A DNA stretch of 64,000 bases, from NCBI GenBank assembly GCA_963719495.1, contig CAVRCI010000004.1:96001-160000 (forward strand), read 5' to 3'. The first letter of the stretch is position 1. The number at the start of each line of letters is the position of its first letter. The position numbers were made by a program, and so were the translations under genes. Source of the DNA: an uncultured Verrucomicrobiae bacterium (lineage in GTDB: Bacteria > Verrucomicrobiota > Verrucomicrobiia > Chthoniobacterales > JAATET01). The notes below the pieces were generated by a model, which was not told where the DNA came from, did no database searches, and worked only from the letters and a program-made list of their open reading frames with translations. Positions 9,546 through 18,238 of this stretch are shown here, piece by piece.

Positions 9546-11231
9546 TTAGTTCTTTCCTTCGCCGGGGCGGTATTCCTCCTGGGCGATCTGGAAGGCCGCG
9601 GCCAGTCCGACGAGATCCTCGCCGGGTTTGACACCTTCGAATGCGGCGCTCTCCTTGTGGACGTCTTCCATGGAGTAGTTGGCGGCCTTGATCGAAAGGC
9701 CGATGCGACGATCGTTCTTGTCGATTTTGATGACGCGGCTTTCGACTTCGTCACCGACTTTGAGGACATCCTTGACCTTCTCGACGTGATCTTCGCTGAG
9801 TTGCGAGATGTGGACGAGGCCGTCGATGTTGCCTTCGAGTTGGATGAACGCGCCGAAGTTGGCGAGCTTGGAGACGGTGCCCTTGACGAGATCGCCGATC
9901 TTGAACTGACCTTCGATTTCCTTCCACGGATCGCCTTCGAGCTGCTTGATGCCGAGGCTGATGCGCTGGTTGGCTTTGTCGATATCGATGACAACCGCTT
10001 CGACCGGATCGCCTTTTTTGAGGATCTCGGACGGGTGGTTGATCTTGCGGGTCCAGCTGATGTCGGACACGTGGACCATGCCGTCGATGCCTTCTTCGAG
10101 TTCGATGAACGCGCCGTATGCGGTCATGTTCCGGACTTCGCCGGAGACCTGCTTGCCGATCACGTAACGGGATTCGATTTCGTCCCATGGGTTCGGATCT
10201 AGCTGGCGGACGCCGAGCGAGATTTTCTGCTCCCCGGTGTTGACGCCGAGGACGACGGCTTCGATCTCCTGGCCGAGCGTGAGGACGTCGGACGGGCGGG
10301 CGATGCGTTTGGTCCAGGAGAGCTCGGACACGTGGATGAGGCCTTCGACGCCTTCCTCGATCTCGACGAACGCGCCGTAGGGCATGAGGTTCGTGACCTT
10401 GCCGCGAACGGTCTGGCCGACGGGGAAGCGCTCCTCGATTTTTTCCCACGGATTGGACTGGGTCTGCTTGAGACCGAGGGAGACGCGCTCCTTGTCCTTG
10501 TTGATGTCGAGGATGACGAGTTCGAGGTTCTGGCCGATGGTGACCATCTCGGAGGGATGGTTAAGGCGAGCCCACGACATGTCGGTGATGTGGAGGAGGC
10601 CGTCGATGCCGTCGAGGTCGATGAAGGCACCGAAGTCGGTGATGTTCTTGACGTTGCCGGAGACCATGTCGCCGACGTTGACGCTTTCGAGGAACTTCCC
10701 GCGCTTCTCGGAGCGCTCGGCTTCGATGATTTCGCGGCGGCTGAGGACGACGTTTTTGCGGTCCTCGTTGATTTTGACGATTTTGAAGTCGTAGGTGTTC
10801 CCGACGAACTGCGTGAGATCGCGCGGCGGAATGATGTCGATCTGCGACGCGGGGAGGAAGGACTCGACGCCAACGTTGACGGTGAGGCCGCCTTTGACGA
10901 CCGCCTTGACCTTGCCTTTGATGAGACCGCCGTCTTCGTAGACTTTGACGATCTTTTCCCAGTTCTGGCGCTGGGCGGCTTTTTCCTTGGAGAGAACGAC
11001 CATGCCTTCGTCGTTTTCGAGGCGGACGAGGAGGACTTCGATTTCGTCGCCGACTTCGACCTCTTCGGGGTCGTCGAATTCACTGGCGGGGATGATGCCT
11101 TCGGATTTCCAGCCGATGTCGACGAGGAATTCGCGGGAACGGATTTCGAGCACGTGCCCGTTGACGATGCTGCCTTCCTTGTAATTCTTGATGGAATTCG
11201 TGAGGAGGTCTTGCAGGGATACTTCTGCCAT
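9546..11231 (-). CDS. rpsA: 30S ribosomal protein S1
   Basis: Six S1 repeats (FGAFIDL, YGAFVEI, GLIHVSELSW), 561 aa. Confidence 0.97.
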   Translation of the reverse strand: MAEVSLQDLLTNSIKNYKEGSIVNGHVLEIRSREFLVDIGWKSEGIIPASEFDDPEEVEVGDEIEVLLVRLENDEGMVVLSKEKAAQRQNWEKIVKVYEDGGLIKGKVKAVVKGGLTVNVGVESFLPASQIDIIPPRDLTQFVGNTYDFKIVKINEDRKNVVLSRREIIEAERSEKRGKFLESVNVGDMVSGNVKNITDFGAFIDLDGIDGLLHITDMSWARLNHPSEMVTIGQNLELVILDINKDKERVSLGLKQTQSNPWEKIEERFPVGQTVRGKVTNLMPYGAFVEIEEGVEGLIHVSELSWTKRIARPSDVLTLGQEIEAVVLGVNTGEQKISLGVRQLDPNPWDEIESRYVIGKQVSGEVRNMTAYGAFIELEEGIDGMVHVSDISWTRKINHPSEILKKGDPVEAVVIDIDKANQRISLGIKQLEGDPWKEIEGQFKIGDLVKGTVSKLANFGAFIQLEGNIDGLVHISQLSEDHVEKVKDVLKVGDEVESRVIKIDKNDRRIGLSIKAANYSMEDVHKESAAFEGVKPGEDLVGLAAAFQIAQEEYRPGEGKN

Positions 11232-11324
11232 AACTTTGGGTTGAGGTTTGTTAAGTTAAAACCACGATGCCGAGTTGAACTCCGACCGGCAGGATTGCGG
11301 ATCGGCGGCTGTGGCGGGAGCGTG

Positions 11325-11352
11325 AAGGTAGCGGGTTTGGGGGGTGGTGCAA
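11325..11352 (-). promoter_or_regulatory. Putative rpsA promoter
   Basis: Minus strand TTGCAC-16 nt-TACCTT, about 95 nt upstream of the ATG. Confidence 0.5.
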
Positions 11353-11395
11353 CGTCTTTGTTGGGTGGTGTCGGTGCGGTGTCGGTGACTGGTGA

Positions 11396-11439
11396 GTGAG
11401 GTGAGAAGCCAGAGATTCTTCGCTTCGCTCAGAATGACA
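11396..11439 (+). repeat. Dispersed palindromic repeat GTGAGAAGCCAGAGATTCTTCGCTTCGCTCAGAATGACA
   Basis: Near-identical copy 21242-21285; variant 33848-33886; degenerate copy 1271-1301. Confidence 0.85.
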
Positions 11440-11528
11440 CGGGTGGGGCGGGCAGGTGGGGTGGCGGCTTTTTTGAGTGGAATTGTTCGCTGGCTTTGGC
11501 GGGTGGGGGGTGGGTTACAACTTGGGAT

Positions 11529-14096
11529 GTGGGTATTTTGCGAATATGGCGGGTCCGATGGTTGCGGGTTCTGGCTTTCGCTTTCTTGGTGGCGACGCCG
11601 GGGTTGCGGGCGGTGGAGGTGCCTTTGGCGGCGGGGCGGGTGGTTGTTTTGAGTGGGTTGCCGGGGGACGTGGAGTCGGACCGGGCGTATCAGCGGTCGG
11701 TGGATGCGGTGCTGGGGTTGGTGACGGCGGGGGGCGTGGATTCGGTGCGGGTGCTGGTGAACGATCCGGAGCGGGCGGCGGGGCGGGAGCGGTGGACGGC
11801 GGCGGATTGGCGGGCGGGGTCGCGGGAGGAATTTTTGCGGCTGGGCGAGGAGTTGGGGGACTCGGAGGAGCCGGTGACGGTGGTGGTGTGGGGTCATGGT
11901 GGGGTGATCCGGGGGGAGAGTGTGTTGCACGTGGCGGGGCCTCGGATCGGGGAGGGGGACTTCCGGGAATTTGGTGAGGCGGCTGGGAAATCGGGTGCGG
12001 CGGTGCGGTGGGTTCTGTTTTTTCCGGGGAGCGGGGTGGTGGCAAAGGGGCTGGCGACGGATGGGAGCGAGGTTTTTGCTTCCGAGGCGGGAACGCGGTT
12101 TGCGAGTGATCCGATCGGTTTGGACGAGGTGATCGGGGCTTGGCGGGATGAACCGGGGGCGACGCTGGAGGGGTTGTCGATGCGGGCGGGGCCGCGGATT
12201 GTGGCGTGGTATGATTCGCGGTCGATGGCGCGGACGGAGGATCCGGCTTTTTTTGCGAGCGGAGAGGGGGCACCGGTGATGGTGGCCGAGGCGGAGATTG
12301 GGGCGGCTGCGGAAGGCGGGGCGAAGGTCGGCGGAGACTGGCGGGAGTTGGCCCGGGTGCGGGCGGAGGATTATCCGGGGGCGGACGCGGTGGTGTTGGA
12401 GCGGACGCTGCGTTACACACTGGGGGAGAATCCGGCGGTGGGGGCGGAGATCGAGGAGACGACGCAGATTCTCACGGCGGAGGGGAAGCGGCACGGGGAC
12501 TTTGCGTTCGATTTCTCGCCGCCGCAGGAGAATCTGGAATTCGTCGCTTTGGAGGTGCTCAAGCCGGATGGGTCGGTGGAGTCGTTCGATCCGGACGAGG
12601 TGTTGGAATCGAAGGAGGAGTCGGTGGAGGGCTACGGGAGTTCGGGGAGCAAGGTCTTCTCGCTGCGGGGCGTGGAGCCTGGTGCGTTACTGCACGTGAA
12701 GTATCGGCGGACGTGGCGGAGGTTTCCGTTTCCACACGTTTTTTTGGAGTTGCCGGTGGCCGGTGAGTTGCCGGTGCGGCGGTTGCGAATCGCGGTGGAG
12801 GTGGGGGCGGACGAGGCGTTTCACGCGCACATCGTCGACGGGGCGGACGGGGCGGCGGTCGAACCTACGGCGCGCGTGACGAGTTATGGGACGGTGCGGG
12901 AGTGGGCCTGGGACGACGTGGCGGCGGCGGGGGCGGAGGTGCTGGCTCCGCCGGGCGGGCGGGCGGCGCTGCAGATCTCGACGTTTCCGGATTGGTCGGA
13001 GTTCGTGGCCTGGTATTTGAGGCTGACCGAAGAAGCGGACGTGGTGACGGACGAGATTCGGGCGATGGCGGCGGAGCTGACGGCGGGGTCCGAGTCGGCG
13101 GAGGGGAAGGTGCGGGCGATCTATGAATTCGTGACGGGGCTGCGCTACGTGTCGATTCCGCTGGGGGTGAACAGCTACCGTCCGCACGCGGCGGGGAACG
13201 TGCTGGCAAACCGCTACGGGGATTGCAAGGACAAGGCGAACTTGCTCAACGCGTTGTGCCGGGCGGAGGGAATCGACGCGAAGCTGGTGCTGGTGCCTCG
13301 GTTCAGCGAGGCGAACGAGGCGGTGCCGGGGTTGGCATTCAATCACGCGATTTCGCGGGTCGAGTTACCGGACGGCGGGGGTGTCCTGTGGCTGGATTCG
13401 ACGGATGACGTGTGTCCGTTTGGGTTGCTGCCGCCGGGGGATCCGGGGCGGGATGTGCTGGTGGTCGACGCCGAGAGCACGGGTTTGGTGCGTCTGCCGG
13501 AGCCGGAGGTGGGGGGGCAGCGACTGGAGATCGACTGGGATTTCTCGGCGGAGGCGGGGCGGGCGGAGCTGCGGGCGGCGGGGTTCGCGGGTTACGCGAT
13601 GCGGAGTGCGGCTCGGGCGTCGGCGGCTTACGGTGGGACTCTGCCATTGCTGCGGGCGGCGGGTTTGGAACCGGTGGCGGGGGTGGTGCGGACGACGGAT
13701 GGGGAGGGGTCGGCTCCGGGGGAGATCGAGCGGGATTTCGTCTGGTCGGCGGCGGTGGAATTGATTGGGGCGGGCGAAGGCGGGCTGCCCTTCGTTTTGC
13801 CCCGGGAGTGGGAACTCGCGTTGCAACCTCGGTCCCGGGCGGTGCTGCTCAATGATGGGTATCCGCTGACTTTGGCGCAAACGGTGCGGGGCCTGGCAGC
13901 GGCTGACGGGATTGGGGCTCGCGAGGGAGCTCGGAGTGCGGTGGGTGGGCCTGTGGAGTGGGAGCTGACTTGGAAGGACGGGGTGGGTCGGTTGGAGGTG
14001 CGGCTGGTGGAGGCGGAGATGGAGGGGGATCGGCTGGAGGAATTTCGCGCAACTTTGCGGGGGTTGTATCGGGTGCTGGGGGGAGCGGGGGAGTGA
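11529..14096 (+). CDS. Secreted DUF3857 + transglutaminase-like protein with N-terminal caspase-like region
   Basis: Signal peptide from GTG 11529 (start uncertain); YPGADAVVL, VEPGALL; YGDCKDK, FNHAI, LDST triad. Confidence 0.75.
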   Translation: MGILRIWRVRWLRVLAFAFLVATPGLRAVEVPLAAGRVVVLSGLPGDVESDRAYQRSVDAVLGLVTAGGVDSVRVLVNDPERAAGRERWTAADWRAGSREEFLRLGEELGDSEEPVTVVVWGHGGVIRGESVLHVAGPRIGEGDFREFGEAAGKSGAAVRWVLFFPGSGVVAKGLATDGSEVFASEAGTRFASDPIGLDEVIGAWRDEPGATLEGLSMRAGPRIVAWYDSRSMARTEDPAFFASGEGAPVMVAEAEIGAAAEGGAKVGGDWRELARVRAEDYPGADAVVLERTLRYTLGENPAVGAEIEETTQILTAEGKRHGDFAFDFSPPQENLEFVALEVLKPDGSVESFDPDEVLESKEESVEGYGSSGSKVFSLRGVEPGALLHVKYRRTWRRFPFPHVFLELPVAGELPVRRLRIAVEVGADEAFHAHIVDGADGAAVEPTARVTSYGTVREWAWDDVAAAGAEVLAPPGGRAALQISTFPDWSEFVAWYLRLTEEADVVTDEIRAMAAELTAGSESAEGKVRAIYEFVTGLRYVSIPLGVNSYRPHAAGNVLANRYGDCKDKANLLNALCRAEGIDAKLVLVPRFSEANEAVPGLAFNHAISRVELPDGGGVLWLDSTDDVCPFGLLPPGDPGRDVLVVDAESTGLVRLPEPEVGGQRLEIDWDFSAEAGRAELRAAGFAGYAMRSAARASAAYGGTLPLLRAAGLEPVAGVVRTTDGEGSAPGEIERDFVWSAAVELIGAGEGGLPFVLPREWELALQPRSRAVLLNDGYPLTLAQTVRGLAAADGIGAREGARSAVGGPVEWELTWKDGVGRLEVRLVEAEMEGDRLEEFRATLRGLYRVLGGAGE

Positions 14097-14160
14097 GGTC
14101 AAATCTCCGGGGTTTGTTCGAGAGGCGTTCGGCTCCACGGCTTTGCCGGGGTTGCCGGGT

Positions 14161-14207
14161 GATGCGGCGGGACGCCGCATCTCGCACGCGGGACGCGTGC
14201 GCTCCCC
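14161..14207 (+). repeat. REP-B double hairpin GATGCGGCGGGACGCCGCATCTCGCACGCGGGACGCGTGCGCTCCCC
   Basis: Identical to 9060-9106; lies between convergent genes. Confidence 0.9.
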
Positions 14208-14210
14208 CTG

Positions 14211-15203
14211 CTATTTGTTGGTGAAGCGGTAGGTGGTTTTTTGGTGGTAGGTCTCGTCGGGGTGAAGGGTGGTCGGTGGGAAATTGGGGTGGTTGGGACT
14301 GTCGGGATAGTGCTGGGCTTCGAGGCAGAGGGCGCTTCGGTGGGGGTAAGGTTTGCCTCCCTTTCCGGTTGCTCCGGTTAGGAAATTTCCTCCGTAGAAG
14401 TGGATGGCGGGTTGGTCGGTGGAGACCTCGAGGGTGCGTCCGCTGGCGGGGTGGTGGACGTTGGCGGCGAGCTGGTAGCCGGGGTGCTCGAGGATGAGGG
14501 ATTGGTCGTAGCCTCCGCTGGCTTGGAGGGGGGGGAAGTCGGCGTCGGGAAGGCCGATTGGGCGGGGGTTTCGGAAATCGAGGGGGGTGTCGGCGACGGA
14601 TGGTAGGCGACCGGTGGGAGCGACGTTTGGACCCGGTTCGACGTAGCGGTCGGCGGCGATGGTGACTTCGTGGTCGGCGATGGTGGGGGTGCCTTCTCCG
14701 GCGAGGTTGAAGTAGGCGTGGTTGGTGAGGTTGAGGATGGTGGGGGCATCGGTGGTGGCTTCGTAGCGGATCTCGATAACGTTGTCGGCGGTGAGCTCGA
14801 AGGTGACGGTCACGTGAAGATTGCCGGGGTAGCCAGCTTCGCCGTCGGGGCTGAAGCGGGAGAAGCGGACGGTCTGTGGGCCGAGTTCGGTTTCCCAGAT
14901 TCTCGTGGAGAATCCGTTGGGGCCGCCGTGGAGGTGGTGGGGGCCGTCGTTGGTGGCGAGGTGGTATTCGGTGCCGTCGAGGGTGAAGCGGCCGTTGGCG
15001 ATGCGGTTGGCGTAGCGGCCGGCGGTGCATCCGTAGAAGGGGGTGTTGTCCAAATATTCCCCTGGGGTGTCGAAGCCGAGGAGGACGTCGGCGAATTGGC
15101 CTTTGCGATCGGGGACGTGGGCGGAGACGACGGCGGCACCGACGTTCGTGAGGACGACGCGGACGCCGGATGGGTTGATGAGTTCGAAGAATTGTGGGGT
15201 CAT
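14211..15203 (-). CDS. galM: Aldose 1-epimerase (galactose mutarotase)
   Basis: GRYANRI, HHLHGG, NLTNHAYFNL, CLEAQHYPDSPNHP. Confidence 0.93.
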   Translation of the reverse strand: MTPQFFELINPSGVRVVLTNVGAAVVSAHVPDRKGQFADVLLGFDTPGEYLDNTPFYGCTAGRYANRIANGRFTLDGTEYHLATNDGPHHLHGGPNGFSTRIWETELGPQTVRFSRFSPDGEAGYPGNLHVTVTFELTADNVIEIRYEATTDAPTILNLTNHAYFNLAGEGTPTIADHEVTIAADRYVEPGPNVAPTGRLPSVADTPLDFRNPRPIGLPDADFPPLQASGGYDQSLILEHPGYQLAANVHHPASGRTLEVSTDQPAIHFYGGNFLTGATGKGGKPYPHRSALCLEAQHYPDSPNHPNFPPTTLHPDETYHQKTTYRFTNK

Positions 15204-15318
15204 CGCGTTGGGTGGCCTGGGGTGGTGGAAGTGTGAGTTTTTCGCCAAATCGAGCGCGGTCGACGTTCGGTTGCCGGGTGTGAAGAGATTTTACGGGAAT
15301 GTGCTACGGTTGTCCGCG

Positions 15319-17334
15319 ATGAAGTGGCGGATTTTGGCGTTGTTGGCGTTGTTGGCGGTGATGGTGGGGATGACCGGAGCTCGGGGTCAGGTTTTTCAGG
15401 GAGAGACGCTCGTCGAGGCGCGGCTGGTGGCGGATACGACGACGGTGGTGCCGGGGCGGGCGTTTCGCGTGGGGTTGGTGCTCGAGATGGCTCCGAAGTG
15501 GCACACGTATTGGCAATACTCGGGCGACGCCGGGATCCCGACTTCGATCGAATGGACGTTGCCGGACGGGTTCGGTGCGGGGCCGATCGAGTGGCCGCTG
15601 CCGGAGGGGATTCTCGAGGCGGGGGACATTCAGGTTTACGCTTATGGCGATGAGGTGATGTTGATGACGACGATCCAGCCAGCGGCGGAGATCGGGGCGG
15701 AGACGGTGACGATCACGGGTGTGGCGGACTGGCTCGTTTGCGCGGAGTTGTGCATTCCGGGTTCGGCGAAGGTTTCGCTGACCTTGCCGGCCGGGGCGGC
15801 GGGTGAGCCGGCGAACGCGGAGTTGTTTGATCGGTGGACGGCTCAATTGCCGAGCCTGTCGACTCCGCCGTTCCCGGTGGAATGGTCGCGGGAGGGTGGA
15901 AATCTGGTGGCGAAAGTGCGGGCGGAGGATGGCGTGACGGGGGTCGATTTTTATCCGTTGCCGGCGGAGGGGCAGGCGGTCGGGCACGCGATGATCGAGC
16001 GGTCGGGCGATGAGTTTACGATTCGGATCGGGGCCGAGGGCGATCTGACCGGGGTGCTGGTGGCGGAGGGTGCGGATGGGCGTCGGGGTTGGATGTTGGG
16101 CAGCGCGGGGGCGGCGGCTTCCGGGGGCCTCGCGGTCTGGCAGGCGTTGTTGCTGGGTGTGCTGGGCGGGTTGATTCTCAATTTGATGCCGTGCGTATTG
16201 CCGGTGATTTCGCTGAAGATCTTTGGGTTCATCCGGCAGGAGGGGGAGGCTCCGGGGAAGATCCTGGCGCACGGGTTGGCGTTCTCGGGCGGGATCTTCG
16301 TGTGGTTTCTTGGATTGGGGCTGGTGGTGGTCGGGTTGAAGGCGGGAGGGAGCGAGGTGAATTGGGGGGCGCAATTTCAGAATCCGGTATTCCTACTCGT
16401 GGTAGCGGCCGTGGTTTTCGTTTTTGCGCTGAACTTGCTGGGGGTGTTCGAGGTGGCGTTGCCGGGGCGGGCTTCGGGTGGCTTGGCTTCGCTGGGGAAT
16501 CGCGAGGGGTTGGGGGGTTCGTTTTTTCAGGGGATGTTCGCGACTTTGCTGGCGACTCCTTGCACGGGGCCGTTTCTTGGGACGGCGTTGGGATTTGCTT
16601 TCGCGCAGTCGTGGTTCGTGATTCTGGCGATGTTCGGGGCGGTCGCGCTGGGGATGGCGCTGCCTTATTTGGTGCTGGCGGCGCAGCCGGGGTGGATGAA
16701 ATTTTTGCCGAAGCCCGGGGCTTGGATGGAGCGGTTGAAGCAGTTCATGGCGTTTCCGTTGTTCGCGACGTTGTTGTGGCTGCTGTTCGTGATTGGGCAG
16801 CAGAGCGCGATTGGCACGGTCATCTGGATCGGCGCGTTTTTGCTCTGCCTCGGGTTGGCGGGGTGGATTTACGGGGCCTTTTGCGGACCGATGGGGTCGG
16901 GGCGGTCGCGAGCGGTGGCGCTAGTGATGACGGTGTTCGTCGTGGTGGCGGGGAGTTGGTGGACGCTCGGGCGGGCGTTTGCCGTGGAGGAGGAATTCTG
17001 GCAGCCGTTCTCGCAGGCGAAGGTCGACGAGCTGATCGCGGAGGGGCGGCCGGTTTTCGTCGATTTCACGGCGGATTGGTGCCTGATCTGCAAATACAAC
17101 GAGCAGACGGTGCTGGATCAGCCGGCGGTGCGGGAGGCGTTTGCGGCGGGCGACGTGGTGCCCATCAAGGCGGATTGGACGAGCGCCGATCCGGAGATCA
17201 CGGCGGCGTTGAAGAAATTCGGGCGGGTCGGGGTGCCGTTTTACGTGTTTTATCCGAAGGGTGGGGGTGAGCCGGTGACGTTTCCGGAGCTGCTGACGGA
17301 GTCGATGGTGGTGAAGGCGTTCTTGGGCGATTGA
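15319..17334 (+). CDS. dsbD: Thiol:disulfide interchange protein DsbD family
   Basis: WHTYW, WLVCAELCIP, LNLMPCVLPV, ATPCTGPF, DFTADWCLICK. Confidence 0.9.
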   Translation: MKWRILALLALLAVMVGMTGARGQVFQGETLVEARLVADTTTVVPGRAFRVGLVLEMAPKWHTYWQYSGDAGIPTSIEWTLPDGFGAGPIEWPLPEGILEAGDIQVYAYGDEVMLMTTIQPAAEIGAETVTITGVADWLVCAELCIPGSAKVSLTLPAGAAGEPANAELFDRWTAQLPSLSTPPFPVEWSREGGNLVAKVRAEDGVTGVDFYPLPAEGQAVGHAMIERSGDEFTIRIGAEGDLTGVLVAEGADGRRGWMLGSAGAAASGGLAVWQALLLGVLGGLILNLMPCVLPVISLKIFGFIRQEGEAPGKILAHGLAFSGGIFVWFLGLGLVVVGLKAGGSEVNWGAQFQNPVFLLVVAAVVFVFALNLLGVFEVALPGRASGGLASLGNREGLGGSFFQGMFATLLATPCTGPFLGTALGFAFAQSWFVILAMFGAVALGMALPYLVLAAQPGWMKFLPKPGAWMERLKQFMAFPLFATLLWLLFVIGQQSAIGTVIWIGAFLLCLGLAGWIYGAFCGPMGSGRSRAVALVMTVFVVVAGSWWTLGRAFAVEEEFWQPFSQAKVDELIAEGRPVFVDFTADWCLICKYNEQTVLDQPAVREAFAAGDVVPIKADWTSADPEITAALKKFGRVGVPFYVFYPKGGGEPVTFPELLTESMVVKAFLGD

Positions 17335-17387
17335 GCCTCGTCGGGTGTCGGGTTGTGAATTCCCGGGGTTGGGTTACGGTCCTTGCC

Positions 17388-17987
17388 ATGAAAGCACTTC
17401 TCTCCCTTTTCGCGGTTGGTTTCATCTCGGCTTCGGTGGCGCTCGCCGCTCCGGAGATTGGGAAGGCGGCTCCGGATTTTACTTTGATGGATGAAAACGG
17501 GACGGCGCATTCGCTGGCGGATTTCAAGGGGAAGACGGTGGTGCTCGAGTGGTTCAACTACGGTTGTCCGTTCGTGGTGAAGCACTACGGAAGCGGGAAC
17601 ATGCAGCAGCTTCAGGAGGCCGCGATCGACAGTGACGTCGTGTGGCTGAGCGTGGTGTCGTCGAAGGAGGGGAAGCAAGGCCACCTGACGGCTGACGAGG
17701 CGAAGGCGAAGAAGGCGGAGCTCGGATCGAACGCAACGGCGATCCTGCTCGACGGCGACGGGAAGGTCGGGAAGCTCTACGACGCGAAGACGACGCCGGA
17801 GATGTATGTGATCAACGGCGAGGGGACGCTGGTTTACATGGGTGCGATCGACGACAAGCGGGACGCGAAGGCGGCCTCGATCGAGGGCGCCACGAATTAC
17901 GTGACGGCTGCCTTGGATGCTTTGGATGCCGGCGAGCCGGTCGAGGTGACGAAGACGAAGGGTTACGGGTGTTCGGTGAAGTATTGA
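17388..17987 (+). CDS. Periplasmic AhpC/TSA-like redoxin
   Basis: Signal peptide; APDFTL, VLEWFNYGCPFV, GAIDD, YGCSVKY. Confidence 0.88.
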   Translation: MKALLSLFAVGFISASVALAAPEIGKAAPDFTLMDENGTAHSLADFKGKTVVLEWFNYGCPFVVKHYGSGNMQQLQEAAIDSDVVWLSVVSSKEGKQGHLTADEAKAKKAELGSNATAILLDGDGKVGKLYDAKTTPEMYVINGEGTLVYMGAIDDKRDAKAASIEGATNYVTAALDALDAGEPVEVTKTKGYGCSVKY

Positions 17988-18068
17988 CGGGTTGCTCGCG
18001 GGGGGCTGGCCGTTCTCGCGGAGGGCTGGCTGGTGACTTCGTGAGTCGATTGGCTTTGTTGGTCATGC

Positions 18069-18119
18069 GTCCCGCCGGGCGGGATGCCCGGCGGGACAGG
18101 CTGGATGCCTGTTTTCCCC
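18069..18119 (+). repeat. Double-hairpin REP-like element
   Basis: GTCCCGCCGGGC-GGGAT-GCCCGGCGGGAC then ACAGGC-TGGAT-GCCTGT-TTTCCCC; partial relative at 36454-36478. Confidence 0.65.
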
Positions 18120-18238
18120 TTCTTGCTACTGCGGCGTTTTTTGCGGGGTAGCGGGGGGCTTTTTCGTTGGTGGGTGTCACTGCTTACCGGAAGTGGGAAC
18201 CCGGCGGCGCGGCTTCCCTACCCTTCGGTCGGGCCGCC

